64,000 bases of DNA from Obrimoposthia wandeli (GCA_977020255.1 CDROCS010002813.1:1-64000), one strand, 5' to 3'; shown: positions 39,389-51,085, numbered from the stretch's first letter. Notes: generated by a model from the letters alone, not told the origin. Program-made: numbers and translations.

Positions 39389-40886
39389 TGTTGCAACACT
39401 TAAAAATAAAACTAGTAATGATGAAATTTATCTTCTTAGTATCAAGCAGAAGTGTGAAGACTCGTTTAAATTTTTTGTGAAATACTTCTTCAAGATTCAG
39501 TATGGGAAAGGGTTTGGGTGGTCTTGGCATCATCAGCAGATAGCCGATGTTTTGATGGATGTTTATCATGGAAGAAAGACACATGTAATTATTAATATAC
39601 CACCAAGATATAGCAAAACTGAGTTAATCGTTAAGATGTTCAATGCATGGACATTTGCCAAAAATCCAAAGTGTTACAGTCTTCACTTATCATATTCCAA
39701 AACATTGGCGTTGGGTAACTCAGCAAAAATAATTGATATAATCAAAACTTCTGAATATCAGGAACTATGGCCAGCAACAGATATACCAAAAGATAAATCC
39801 GCAAAAGAACAATGGGAAACAGTATCAGGGGGGTCATTTAAAGCTGGACCAGCGGGGGGTTCTGTCACTGGTTTTGGTGCCGGGAGCCTAGAAGAATTAA
39901 GTGCTGATGGTAAGTTCACTTACTATGGTGCCATTTTTATTGATGATCCGTTAAAGCCTGATGATGCAAGATTTGAGATTGTCAGAACAGCAACAAACGA
40001 CAGATGGGATGAAACAATAAAGAACAGACGGAACAGTCCGTCAACTCCAGTTGTTGTTGTTATGCAGCGATTGCATGAAGAAGATTTTGCCGCAATGCTT
40101 CTAGATGATAAGGAGTTCAAGTGGCATCAATTAGTTTTACCTGCCATTCTAAATGAGAATACCGAACAAGAAGAGGCTCTTTGGCCAGCAATGCATACAT
40201 TAGAAATGTTGCATGAAATGAAGAAAAAAAACAAATACGTCTTCAGTGGTCAGTATCAACAATCTCCATCACCTAAAGGCGGAGGAAAGATTAAAGAGGA
40301 ATGGTGGTCTCGATATAAATCAAAAGATGAAATTATGCAACGCTGTAATTTTTTCTTTATGACTGCAGATACGGCATACACATCAGATAATGCAAATGAT
40401 CCATCTGTTATTCAACTTTGGGGAGCTGAATCAGCAACTAGATTGTATTTAGTTGATCAGATTAAAGGGTTTTGGGAATTTCCAGAATTATTAACTAACG
40501 TCACTAAATTTTGGAATAAGTACACCGTTAACGTCAATCACAGACCTCCAGCTAACTTGTATATTGAGTCAAAAGCGTCAGGCCTATCATTAGTCCAAAC
40601 ATTAAAAAGAAATGGGATACCTACTAAAGGTTGGAATCCTAAGCATTATAAATTCCCAATTGATAAAGTTGGCCGAGTTAACGAGGCTTCATGGAATATT
40701 ATGTCCGGTGATATTTGGATACCAATAGATGCATATTGGGTTCAAGGGTTCATCGATGAGTGGTCTAAATTCACAAATAATGATACTCATAAAGAAGATG
40801 ATCAGATTGATGGAGGTACAATGGCGATTTCAATTTGGAGGAAGTTTGGCGGAGGAACTACCAATCTCCAATTGCATGAAAAATGA
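39375..40886 (+). CDS. terL: Terminase large subunit
   Basis: IPPRYSKTE Walker A, IFIDDP Walker B, MQRLHEED, YQQSP, TADTA and DDQID. Confidence 0.95.
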   Translation: MKMTSVATLKNKTSNDEIYLLSIKQKCEDSFKFFVKYFFKIQYGKGFGWSWHHQQIADVLMDVYHGRKTHVIINIPPRYSKTELIVKMFNAWTFAKNPKCYSLHLSYSKTLALGNSAKIIDIIKTSEYQELWPATDIPKDKSAKEQWETVSGGSFKAGPAGGSVTGFGAGSLEELSADGKFTYYGAIFIDDPLKPDDARFEIVRTATNDRWDETIKNRRNSPSTPVVVVMQRLHEEDFAAMLLDDKEFKWHQLVLPAILNENTEQEEALWPAMHTLEMLHEMKKKNKYVFSGQYQQSPSPKGGGKIKEEWWSRYKSKDEIMQRCNFFFMTADTAYTSDNANDPSVIQLWGAESATRLYLVDQIKGFWEFPELLTNVTKFWNKYTVNVNHRPPANLYIESKASGLSLVQTLKRNGIPTKGWNPKHYKFPIDKVGRVNEASWNIMSGDIWIPIDAYWVQGFIDEWSKFTNNDTHKEDDQIDGGTMAISIWRKFGGGTTNLQLHEK

Positions 40887-40934
40887 TGGGTTTAATTTTT
40901 AGAAAAATCACTTCATAAAAAAGGAAAAAGACAA

Positions 40935-41204
40935 ATGTGGATACACAGTAAAAATAATGTAAGCGTTAATTTATCTAATGTGATTACTATAAATATAGAC
41001 GGATGTTGCTTGATTTTTGGGAGTGCTGTAACTGACAATGTTAATATTGAATGGAAGTTTAAATCTGAGGAGGAAGCTAAAATTGCACTAGTAGAAATTC
41101 ATACTGGTTCATTCTCTAGGGAGATAATGATTCCCATAAACATGACAAAAAGAAGTCCGTTCCAACCCCCAATGCCAAAACCCCCAAGATCAATAATTAA
41201 ATAA
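40935..41204 (+). CDS. Hypothetical protein
   Basis: AAGGA Shine-Dalgarno; 89 aa. Confidence 0.75.
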   Translation: MWIHSKNNVSVNLSNVITINIDGCCLIFGSAVTDNVNIEWKFKSEEEAKIALVEIHTGSFSREIMIPINMTKRSPFQPPMPKPPRSIIK

Positions 41205-41264
41205 GATATTATAAGTTTAATTTCCAGAAAACAGTTACATACTTATGTAAACTAGGAGAAACAC

Positions 41265-41726
41265 ATGAATAAGACACAAAGAAATGCATTATATTTTGTA
41301 GGCAAGTACAGAGATTTAACTAAGGAGAGTAAAGAACCTATAGATTTATTTAATAGCCTCCGATCGCTTTCGTATATTGCAAATCAGATTGCAGAAAAAT
41401 CAGCGTGTGGTGTATTTGATAAAAGTGAGCATTCTGATTATAACCAAACTATTAATAGAAATTTTGGTGACATTAATACAACTGAATCTAACTCTGTATC
41501 TTTTTCTGTATTTTTTGCACGTTGGGAGTATTCGAGTAAAGAAATCAACAGTTGTCTTATTGAGTCTGAATCAGCTCAAAAAGCATGGGATGAACTCACT
41601 GAAACACTAATAGGAACTTATGCAGTAATTACTCATTTTAAGTGTGTAGAACCGAATATTAAAAAATATATGTGTTCTAACGCTGAACTAGCTGAAACTG
41701 AACACAACAATAAATTAGGGGGTTGA
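41265..41726 (+). CDS. Hypothetical protein
   Basis: AGGAG Shine-Dalgarno; 153 aa. Confidence 0.8.
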   Translation: MNKTQRNALYFVGKYRDLTKESKEPIDLFNSLRSLSYIANQIAEKSACGVFDKSEHSDYNQTINRNFGDINTTESNSVSFSVFFARWEYSSKEINSCLIESESAQKAWDELTETLIGTYAVITHFKCVEPNIKKYMCSNAELAETEHNNKLGG

Positions 41727-41727
41727 A

Positions 41728-42117
41728 ATGGATCGATTGATTGTAAACCGCACCGAGCAAGAAGATTGCACGTTGGGCGTAGTAAATTATAAAGAGTTTC
41801 GCTGTTTTAGCTTGGAGTTACCGAACAAGGACAATCAAGTAAACGTTTCTTGTATCCCTTATGGGATTTATGAATGCGAAAAATACTATAGCGACAAATA
41901 CGGAACAACTTGCTTTAGAGTGCTCAATGTCGTTGGGCGTTCTGCTATTGCAGGGCATTATGGTAATTATACGAGCGATATACTAGGCTGTTTAATTTTT
42001 GGCGATAGCATTGCGGATATTAATAATGATGGTGTGCCAGATGTAACAAATTCAAGAGTGACGCTATCTAAGCTTATTGATTTATTACCTGATAGGTTTC
42101 AAATGATTATTAAATAG
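41728..42117 (+). CDS. DUF5675-like protein
   Basis: SLELP, SCIPYG.Y and HYGN...ILGC motifs. Confidence 0.75.
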   Translation: MDRLIVNRTEQEDCTLGVVNYKEFRCFSLELPNKDNQVNVSCIPYGIYECEKYYSDKYGTTCFRVLNVVGRSAIAGHYGNYTSDILGCLIFGDSIADINNDGVPDVTNSRVTLSKLIDLLPDRFQMIIK

Positions 42118-42173
42118 CTCTAGTTTGTTTGGTTAATTGACTACAGAACTATATGATTTATTAAGGATTTCAA

Positions 42174-43607
42174 ATGAAAAGAAGTCGCGCTCAGAAACCA
42201 AGAGTTTCAAAAAAGAAACAGCAACAGATTAAAAACTCCTCATTTGGTTCTAATAATCCAGAATCATTTAATTCTGCACTTAGTTCAAAACGAGCTGGAG
42301 CTGGGGGGTGTACTGATTTAAGTAGTTCATATCATGTTAATCTAAATCCAAGAGTATTTGAGCAGCGAATAAGAGATGCATATGCTCTTTACAAAAATAC
42401 TTGGGAAGGTAAAAAAATCATCAATATCCCCGTTTTTGATATTTTGCGGAATGGTTGGAACTATGAAGGTTTATCAAAAGAAGATAATCAAGCAATCGTA
42501 AATGAAAACATAAGTCTCCATCTGTTAACTAGAATGAAAGAGGCTATGCGGCTTGAAAGATTAATAGGCGGAGCTGTGATTTTCATGGGAGTTTCTGATG
42601 GTGCAACATCTCCTGCAGAGCCTTTGATGCTTAGTAGAGTTCAAAAAAACTCTCTCAAATTTTTAAATACTATTTCAAGACATAGAATCTCAGATGTATC
42701 GTATGATGATAATCCACTTTCAAGTTCATACGGTCGCCCTGATGCATATATGATCAATGGTCAAAAAGTTCATAGTTCACGATTAATAATTTTTGACGGC
42801 GATCCTTTAACTCAATCAAAAAGTGATTCTAGTTTGAGTGGTGATGATGTTAATGATGGATTTGGGGAGTCGGTATTAACTCCAATTTATTATGAAATAA
42901 TTAGAGCAATTGGAACTCGTCAAGCCGCCTTTCAATTAGTAAATAAATCGGGTCAGTTTTTCATTTTCATGGAAAAAGCGATGCTTGAAGCGACAAAGCA
43001 AGGTCAAGTAGCTTTGAGTGAAGTAGAAAAAATGATGGCTGAATTGAGCGCGTATCAAGCTGCTATTATTAATTCAGATGCATCAAACCCGGCTTCTATG
43101 GAAACTATCTCTCCCAATTTCGCTAGTATTCCTGAATTAGTTGATAAATTTCTTCAGGTTCTTAGTGCCGCATCAGATATTCCTGCAACTCGCTTTCTTG
43201 GCCAAGCCCCTGGAGGGTTGAATGCTACAGGTGAGTCAGATTTAGAAAATTACTATGGTAGATTAGAATCAGAGCAAGAATTGATTTTAAAACCAAAGCT
43301 TGAGCAACTATTGGAAGTGATCGGGCGTTCCGCGATCGGAGATTCATTTAATAGTGAATTGGTTTCTGTTACGTTTGATCCGTTATGGTCATTGTCTGAA
43401 ACAACTCAAGTTGCAAATGATAAAGTTGTTGCAGATAAATATGCAGTGTTTGTTACTGCTGGAATGTTAAGTTCTTCAGAAGCTAAACTAGGAGCAGAAA
43501 AAGAAGGCGCAATTCCTGATGATATTGCTTTAGATAATCTTGCTGATGAATCTGACGATGTAGATATTTCAAGTGAAGTTGACAGATTGAAGGGACTGTT
43601 ACCATGA
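42174..43607 (+). CDS. Portal protein (DUF1073-like)
   Basis: RLIGGAVI, VHSSRLI, SAASDIPATRFLGQAPGGLNATGESDLENYY motifs. Confidence 0.9.
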   Translation: MKRSRAQKPRVSKKKQQQIKNSSFGSNNPESFNSALSSKRAGAGGCTDLSSSYHVNLNPRVFEQRIRDAYALYKNTWEGKKIINIPVFDILRNGWNYEGLSKEDNQAIVNENISLHLLTRMKEAMRLERLIGGAVIFMGVSDGATSPAEPLMLSRVQKNSLKFLNTISRHRISDVSYDDNPLSSSYGRPDAYMINGQKVHSSRLIIFDGDPLTQSKSDSSLSGDDVNDGFGESVLTPIYYEIIRAIGTRQAAFQLVNKSGQFFIFMEKAMLEATKQGQVALSEVEKMMAELSAYQAAIINSDASNPASMETISPNFASIPELVDKFLQVLSAASDIPATRFLGQAPGGLNATGESDLENYYGRLESEQELILKPKLEQLLEVIGRSAIGDSFNSELVSVTFDPLWSLSETTQVANDKVVADKYAVFVTAGMLSSSEAKLGAEKEGAIPDDIALDNLADESDDVDISSEVDRLKGLLP

Positions 43608-44437
43608 TAATTTCATCTGATGATATTGAGAACAATAGGAAGAATGAAAGAATTTCACAACCCATTCGTCCAAGTCGGGGAATTGAATCAGATTATCGTA
43701 ATGCATTGTATGATATTACTCGTCTTATCAATTCAAAGACCAAAGATTTAATATCAATAATTGCTAGTGGCGCAGAACATACTATAATTGCAAATGATAT
43801 ATTAAGATTCATTGAAGATTCAAACGCAGGGATTGCAATTGAAGCAAATAGAATTGCTACTCAATTTGCTCAACAATCTAGCATTCAGAACAAAGAACGA
43901 TTTGAATCAATGCTTAGACAGTCTTTGAATGCGGATTTTTTAACTGTGATTGATGGCTCAGAAGTAAGCAATGTTTTAAATACTGTTAGAGTCACTAATG
44001 TTGGTTTGATTAAAACGATTCCAGACCAACACTGGGGTAAAGTTCTGCAGGCTGTTAACGATAATTTATCTGGAACATTAGATATGCCGTTAACATCTCG
44101 TTTAAAACAGATTTCTGGAATTACAACGCGAAGAGCTAAATTTATAGCGCGTGACCAGACACAAAAAGCCGTTAGTCAACTGAATCAAGCAAGACAATTA
44201 GATACAGGAATAACTGAATACAAATGGTTAACGTCAGAAGATGAACGAGTAGTTGGTAATCCTAGTGGTCTTTATCCAAAAGGAAACTCTAAACATATGA
44301 ATCATTTCAAACGTAATGGAAAAGTATTTAAATGGTCTGAACCACCAGGAGATGGACATCCGGGTAATGCAATTAATTGTCGATGTGTAGCTATCCCTGT
44401 TATTAATATGGATGAGCTGAATTTACAGGTAATGTAA
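43604..44437 (+). CDS. Minor head protein (copy 2)
   Basis: Identical to 7762-8595. Confidence 0.85.
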   Translation: MIISSDDIENNRKNERISQPIRPSRGIESDYRNALYDITRLINSKTKDLISIIASGAEHTIIANDILRFIEDSNAGIAIEANRIATQFAQQSSIQNKERFESMLRQSLNADFLTVIDGSEVSNVLNTVRVTNVGLIKTIPDQHWGKVLQAVNDNLSGTLDMPLTSRLKQISGITTRRAKFIARDQTQKAVSQLNQARQLDTGITEYKWLTSEDERVVGNPSGLYPKGNSKHMNHFKRNGKVFKWSEPPGDGHPGNAINCRCVAIPVINMDELNLQVM

Positions 44438-45541
44438 TGATAACAAGAATTGAGAACAACCACGGTGCATTGATCCTGATACTGGATTCTTAACCATCAA
44501 CATAGCTTTACTGAAAGCAGGTGATATGATGTATCACCGTTCTGAGCTTATAGACTCGCTTCCTGAGTGTATAAAATCAGATGAAATTATTATGAACGTT
44601 CCTGAATCTGAGATTAGTTCTCAAGCAAGTTTGATTTCAGCTCAAGGTTGTCTTGCTGTTGATGGCCACATTTGGCAAGATATCAATACTTCTAGTGATT
44701 CAATTGGTCATGTGAAAGGAATTCCATATTTTCAAAATGGTTATGTTTACGCATCATTAGTTCTGACAAATAAGATTGCCATAGATAAAGTGATCTCTGG
44801 TGAGCTAGTTGATGTTTCTAGTGCGTATGATAGTGATGTCATTTGGAGTGATGAAACTGGAACTCAATCTGAAATACGATACAATCATATTGCATTACTC
44901 CCTGAAGGGAGAGGAAGAGCAGGTAAAACTGTAAGAATTTTAAACCAGAAGATGGAGTCAAAAATGGAAGTGACGAAAGTTCGCCTTAGTAATGGCGCTA
45001 TTATTAGTGTGTTGAATGAAGATTCAGGTGCATTAGCGCAAGCGGATAAAGAGCAATCCGATAAAATTACCAACATGATAGATCCTGCCACATTTCAAGA
45101 AACTCTTGATAAATTGGCCGAGGTAAACAATCAAATTACAGCGCTAACAGAAAGTAAATCTGATTTAGAAGGACAGATTTCCGCATTACGTGATCAACTT
45201 GATTCAGCCTTGTCTCCAGAGCAGATTGAAACTGCTGCTGCAGAGATGGTTGAAAACCAAGATAACGCTGAAAAGATTATGAACTCTAAAGGTCTTAAGC
45301 TTGATACTACATTGAAAGGTCAAGAGTTAAAGCGTCACGTTGTAGCTCAGGTTCGAGTTGCTAACTCGAAACCATTGACTGAAGATGAATTAAAAAATGA
45401 TTCAATGATTAATGGGATGTTTTCAGTTTATGCGGATGCAACGGTTGCTCCTACGGGTCATTCAATTTTTAATAATGGACAGAGAATTAATAACTCCGTA
45501 GAAAAGTGGATATGAAAAAACGTTTATGGGGGGAAAAATAA
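44437..45541 (+). pseudogene. Protease/scaffold copy 2, with two single-base deletions
   Basis: Differs from 8595-9701 by indels; probably sequencing error. Confidence 0.8.
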
Positions 45542-46083
45542 TGGATTTCGTTCAAGCTACGTACACTGATTGTTTTGATCGCGGATTTCCGGGACAAATT
45601 TTTAACCCGGCTTCAACTGATGGAAATTCTTCGTTTCATTATCCTACTAGTACGCCTGTTTTTATTGGCCGAGCTGTTAAGGGTGTAGCCCTTACTGATG
45701 AAAATAATATTGCATCTGGTATTGCTCTTGCTGATGTAGATGGAATTACTGAAGCTACAGAAATTGTAGGTATTGTAATTTCTGATAAGCAAGCATCTGT
45801 TGATGATGATGGTAATGCATACCTTCCAGCCAATACTATGGCAACGGTTATGCGTTTTGATGAAAGTGGGTTAATTTATTCTAGAGTCGTCGTTGCTGTT
45901 GCGGCAGGTGATTCTGTTTTTGTTGCTACTGCTGCTGTTAATGATGCAAATATTGCAGTTGGTGAATTCACTAATGCTGCTGGTACTGGTCTTTTAGATA
46001 CTACTTTGAAATTCTATAAGGGCGCTGATGCTGGTAAAGCTTCAGTTATTTCTATGAAAGCTATTGTTCCTGTTGCTCCATAA
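45541..46083 (+). CDS. Head decoration protein (copy 2)
   Basis: Identical to 9701-10243. Confidence 0.7.
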   Translation: MDFVQATYTDCFDRGFPGQIFNPASTDGNSSFHYPTSTPVFIGRAVKGVALTDENNIASGIALADVDGITEATEIVGIVISDKQASVDDDGNAYLPANTMATVMRFDESGLIYSRVVVAVAAGDSVFVATAAVNDANIAVGEFTNAAGTGLLDTTLKFYKGADAGKASVISMKAIVPVAP

Positions 46084-46156
46084 ACAGATTATACTTTCTG
46101 TAAACTAGACTATTTCTAACAAAAGGAAATATGATGAGTAAAAAATTACTACAGCC

Positions 46157-47140
46157 ATGCGCATTATGAATGCTGGCTATGAGTTAGGAAATGCAACGGA
46201 TGTAACTAGCTCTTACAATCTAACAGTAGAATCGTTTGAAGATATCAAATCTGGGTTTATTGAGGCTAAATACCCCGGTTTTCTTTGGAATCAAGTTATT
46301 GACGAAGCGGCAATTGATACATCAATTAATGTTGGTGCTCGCAAAGCTTCTTATCGAGTTCGAGATAAGTCTGGCATGGGTGCTTTTGTTAATACAGTTG
46401 GTTCTAATATTCCAACAGTTGGAACTGGGCTTGGAAAAGTTGAAGTTCCAATTGAACTTGCTGCTGTTTCTGATGTTGTTACTCTTGATGAAGCCCGAGA
46501 GGTTTCGTTTGGTCACTCAGTAAATCTAATTACTGATCATGGCGAGGTAATGCGTGAGGCTGCAGAGCGTCATGTTGAGCGAACTTTCTTTTTTGGTAGT
46601 GATAGCGTTAATTTCCGTGGATTTTTGGATTATCCATTTACTCCAGCAACTACTGCATCAACAAAAGCGGCAGGTGGGACTGAGTGGGTTAACGCCACTG
46701 GTGATGAAATTGCTTTTGATGTAAATAATGCAATCTCAACAATCTGGGTTAATACGCGTCAAATCGCCTTGGCTGGTTCTGTTTATCTTCCATCATCTCA
46801 ATATGCGCTAATTGCAACTAAGCGTATTAGTGAATCAACAGATGGTACGGCTCAAACAGTTATGCAATTCCTTAAGATGAATAACGTATACACTGCTAGA
46901 ACTGGTATTCCTTTAGATATCTTCCCACTTCATTATCTTGATGAGCAAGGGGTTGGTGATACTGATCGTATGAAAGTAAAAGTTAAAGACCCTGCAAATG
47001 ATTGGCTTCCGTTCCCTGAGCTATTTAATGTTTTACCTCCGCAGTTGGAAGGATTAAACACTCGTTTGTATGCTACATATACATTTGGTTCTTATCATAA
47101 CCGCTTCCCTCTTGAAGCTGTTTATGTCGATGGTATATAG
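46157..47140 (+). CDS. Major capsid protein (copy 2; 1-bp loss in the A-run near the start)
   Basis: Matches 10291-11301. Confidence 0.8.
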   Translation: MRIMNAGYELGNATDVTSSYNLTVESFEDIKSGFIEAKYPGFLWNQVIDEAAIDTSINVGARKASYRVRDKSGMGAFVNTVGSNIPTVGTGLGKVEVPIELAAVSDVVTLDEAREVSFGHSVNLITDHGEVMREAAERHVERTFFFGSDSVNFRGFLDYPFTPATTASTKAAGGTEWVNATGDEIAFDVNNAISTIWVNTRQIALAGSVYLPSSQYALIATKRISESTDGTAQTVMQFLKMNNVYTARTGIPLDIFPLHYLDEQGVGDTDRMKVKVKDPANDWLPFPELFNVLPPQLEGLNTRLYATYTFGSYHNRFPLEAVYVDGI

Positions 47141-47148
47141 GAGTAATT

Positions 47149-49578
47149 ATGGCTAAGGTTTTTGTTGGAAATACGATGAAGCGAGTATTCATCATTCCAT
47201 CTGCAGTATCTAAAGATGGTGCGGTTAAAGGTTCTATCTCAATAAATCCGGGTTGTATTGTTGAGGCTGATAAAGAGCTTATTGATTTACATAAAAAGGA
47301 ATCTAGAGCTTTTAAAGCTCTAATTTCTGGAAATCATATTATGGTGCAATCTAAGATGTTTAATCTTAGTAATGTTATGCAGCGTAATCCTGATTCTAAA
47401 AAAGCTCCAATTCAGCTTAGTGTGGATAAAAAAGTTGAAATTAAAGGCACTCAAACAATTACTCTTGAATCAAGTTCTGCTCCTGAAGGCACTCAAGGAG
47501 GTGAATAATGTGGGTAACTAATCATACGCGTAAAACAATTACCGTTGCCAGCGTAGATCTCCCTGTTGATAAGCCTGTTGAAATTGATGAGGCGTCTTTT
47601 CTTAATGCAGTTAAGAGAAATGATTCAATTCGACAATTGGTGTTAAATCGCAAGATATCAGCAGTTAAGACGTTATCGCCTAAAAAAGGAAGGCTTAAAG
47701 CATGAATGCAGATCTAGTGACATTTAAAATATTATTCAATGAATTTGATTCTGTTCCAGATGTTAAAATTCAACTGTACATTGATGATGCTAAAGATGCA
47801 CTAGATAAAAGTGCTTGGGGCTTGTGTTACGACAAAGCGGTTTTATGGTTGACCGCTCATAACCTCTCAATGAGTATGCAAAGAAATGTTAACTCGTCAG
47901 AAGATGAGAACGGTAATATAGAACTTGCTCAAACTGGTGTGTTAACTAATGCTACTGCTAATGGTCTTACTGTAGGTTTTGCTGCTAGTCCATCAGCATC
48001 TAGCGATGGTGGATACTGGTATGCACAATCAACTTACGGTCAAAGATATTTAGCTTTGATGAAAGAGTGCTTATCACCTGCTCGGATTGTGCGCTGTGGC
48101 AATTAGAGTTAGACATACTAACCCAAATTGGCTTACTCAGTTAATGACGTCGCTTAAGGCGTCTGAGGCTGCTTTAGAAGTTGGGATAGTAAAAGAAAAT
48201 GCAAGTATTAGCTATCCTACCGGAGAGAGGGTAGTTGATATTGCAGTTCAAAATGAATATGGCCTAGGAGTTCCTGCTCGTCCGGCAATAGCAAATTCAT
48301 CTGAGACTTTAACCGCTCAATTTAATCAATTTTCTTCTAAAATGAAAATTGGAGAAACGGTTGAGGTTTTAAATAAATTTGCCCCGATTGCTGTAGGTAT
48401 AGTTCAGCAGTCAATTACAGATTTACGCGATCCTCCAAACTCAGAAGAAACGATAAAAAATAAAGGGTCATCTAATCCATTGATTGATTCTGGACTTTAT
48501 CGACAATCAATTGATGCAATAGTCAGGGAGGAGAAATAAATGAAACTTCCCGTAAATTTAGCTAATAATATATTTAAGATAAAAATCTTTGGATATGATG
48601 AGCAAGTGTCTAGAGTGAAAGGGAAGACTGAATTTTTAGTATTTCCGGATAGAATTATTGTTGGAACTATTCAGCCTTCAGGAGACAAATCCGCTTCATT
48701 ATTTCCGGATGGTCAAATGTCGGATGGTGCAATGATTCTTCATACTAATTCTCGTGTTTATACGTATAACTCAGCAGAGAGTAATATTCTAGTTCAGAAT
48801 AATTGGTTTACGTTTGATGATAAGTTTCTTACTTTAGATTATGGGATTTGGTGGACAAGCGGAGCTTCATTAGAAATTCGAGATGCAACTATTCAAACTT
48901 TTATACGTTATAAAGGTGAAGTATGGAAGCTGACAAAAAGTCAGAACTGGGAAGATCACATCCAGTCTAATGTAAACAGATACGGATTAGTTAAGTATGT
49001 CAATGTCAACGACGACTAATAAGCTAGAAGAGGTTCTGTATGATTGGGCGTTTAGTCTCATACCTTCTAGAGTTGTTATTATGAGTAATCAAGTGGATGG
49101 GAATTCACCGAATGAACCTTACGTATCTATTAGGTTAACTCAGTCTCCAACTTCACAGAATCCAGAAGTTACTCTTTCTGATAACGGTGAACTGGAAACG
49201 ATATCTCAAAGATGCTTATTTACGGTCAATGTAGAATGCGTTGGTGATGAAGCATTTCAAGATGCAAAATCTGCCTGTATTTTATTAGCATCATCGTTAT
49301 ATTCAGCTAATAGATATTTAGACTTATGGGCCGTTTCTGGGTTGGGTGGCGTAGCTACTGGACCTCAATCATTAACTACAGCAACGTTAGCTACAAATAG
49401 ATCTAGATGGCAATTTCAATACACGCTGTATGCTGTTATAGATAATATTTTTACGGGTCAATATTTCGATAACTTGGAATTAAAAGTTATAGATGGAGAT
49501 ACTGACACAATTCTTTTAGATGTTGAGATTGACGGGAAAAATCCGCCAAAAGAAGGAAATTGCAATGGCAACGAATGA
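47149..49578 (+). other. Copy 2 of six head-completion/neck genes (47149-47508, 47508-47705, 47702-48106, 48087-48539, 48540-49019, 48997-49578)
   Basis: Proteins identical to those at 11310-13739. Confidence 0.85.
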
Positions 49579-51085
49579 TGAAGTAATCAAGTGTGGGAAT
49601 AAGTCGCTCCCTCGGTCTTTGGACGTTAATGTTTCTGTTACTCAAGCTCAAACAGAAATAGCGACAGATTTAACTTTAGCTGTGTGTGTTGTTAAAGATG
49701 GCCCACTTCCAATTGGAGCTGGAAGAGTTAGATTTTATTCCGATTTTGACTCTGTTAGTAATGATTTCGGCCCTGAAAGTGAAGCAGCAAATGCCGCAAG
49801 AGATTTTACAAGCCAAACCCCAAGACCGTTAATTTTTGCTATTGGGCAAGCTTTTGATACGCCTCAAAATGGATTTATGACAACAGGTGCATCTGGAGAA
49901 CTAGCAGCATTTAAAGCTATTTCAGATGGTGAATTCAGTATATCAATTGATGCTGTAACCTCAGACATTACTGGTCTTGATTTTACATCTGCAACTAGTT
50001 TTGATGATGTCGCAGCAACTACTCAAACCGCAGTTGATGCTGTGTTTTCAGGAGCAACAGTTGTTTATAATGGTGCGTCTTTTGTCTTTACATCCCCGAC
50101 CCCTGGAGATAGTTCAAGTGTATCAGTATTGGCTGCGCCTATGGTTGTTGCTGGAGCGGATGTTTCAGGTCCTGTTTATTTTAATGGGTTACTTGGAGAA
50201 GCTAATACTCAAGAAGGGTATGCACCAACAGGCATCACACAAGAGCTTCAGTTGATTCAAATGGCTGCAGGTTGTTCTGATAGATTTATTTATGGGTGGA
50301 CTCTTGAGGAAGGATTTAGAGACAGTCAGGATGCATTAGATGCTGCTGCTTATCTTGAAACGCAAGATAAAGCAGCATTCTTTCCATGCTCTAACGACCC
50401 TTTAGCACTTGATCCTAATGCAACAACTGATATTGGCCCTGAGCTTGATGAATTTGGCTATCTTAAGGCTTCAGACCCAATCTATCATGATAATAAAAAA
50501 TATTATCCTGACTTTGCCCTTGCTGCAATCATGCTTGCTGTGGATTACTCAGGTGTTAACACTACCATTACAGCTAAGTTTAAAAACCTTCTTGGCATTC
50601 CAACAGTTGGATTAAGCGTTACTCAATACACCACCTTGCAAGGTAAGAACTATAATACATTCTCTTTAACTGGAAATAATTCAAGAGTATTTAGAGAGGG
50701 AACTCAAGTTGCTGCAGGCTGGTTTATTGATGATCAGATAAATGTCGATAACTTAAAAGAAGAGCTTCAAGTTGCTGCATATAATGCTTTTTTAAGAAAT
50801 GGGAAAGTACCACTAACTGTTGGTGGCCAAGCGATTATGGAAGATTCATTAACACCAACTGGAGAGCGATATACAGATAATGGTTCTATAGCTGATAGAC
50901 AAGTTGTTGATCTATCTTCTAAGTCTGGATTCTCTTTAGAGCCTGCATACTCAATCACCTCTGGAAATATAGCATTATTAACAGCATCGGATAGGGCAGT
51001 AAGAAAAGCTCCTCCAATGGTATTTACTGTATATCTTGCTGGTGCTATGCATTCTATTGATATTAATATCAACGTAATTAGTTAA
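49565..51085 (+). CDS. Tail sheath (copy 2)
   Basis: Identical to 13726-15246. Confidence 0.85.
   Translation: MATNDEVIKCGNKSLPRSLDVNVSVTQAQTEIATDLTLAVCVVKDGPLPIGAGRVRFYSDFDSVSNDFGPESEAANAARDFTSQTPRPLIFAIGQAFDTPQNGFMTTGASGELAAFKAISDGEFSISIDAVTSDITGLDFTSATSFDDVAATTQTAVDAVFSGATVVYNGASFVFTSPTPGDSSSVSVLAAPMVVAGADVSGPVYFNGLLGEANTQEGYAPTGITQELQLIQMAAGCSDRFIYGWTLEEGFRDSQDALDAAAYLETQDKAAFFPCSNDPLALDPNATTDIGPELDEFGYLKASDPIYHDNKKYYPDFALAAIMLAVDYSGVNTTITAKFKNLLGIPTVGLSVTQYTTLQGKNYNTFSLTGNNSRVFREGTQVAAGWFIDDQINVDNLKEELQVAAYNAFLRNGKVPLTVGGQAIMEDSLTPTGERYTDNGSIADRQVVDLSSKSGFSLEPAYSITSGNIALLTASDRAVRKAPPMVFTVYLAGAMHSIDININVIS

Larger units (their letters stand above)
7762..43603. mobile_element. One complete unit (35,842 bp) of a circular myovirus-type phage-plasmid
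   Basis: Complete head, tail and lysis modules plus Rep_3/iterons and parA. The sequence resumes identically at 43604, which closes the circle. Confidence 0.9.

Noticed and set aside
42174-43607. Anti-CBASS Acb1 label sometimes attached to DUF1073 proteins
   Set aside because: Size, motifs and position between terL and the minor head gene indicate a portal; no 2H-phosphoesterase HxT motifs were noticed.
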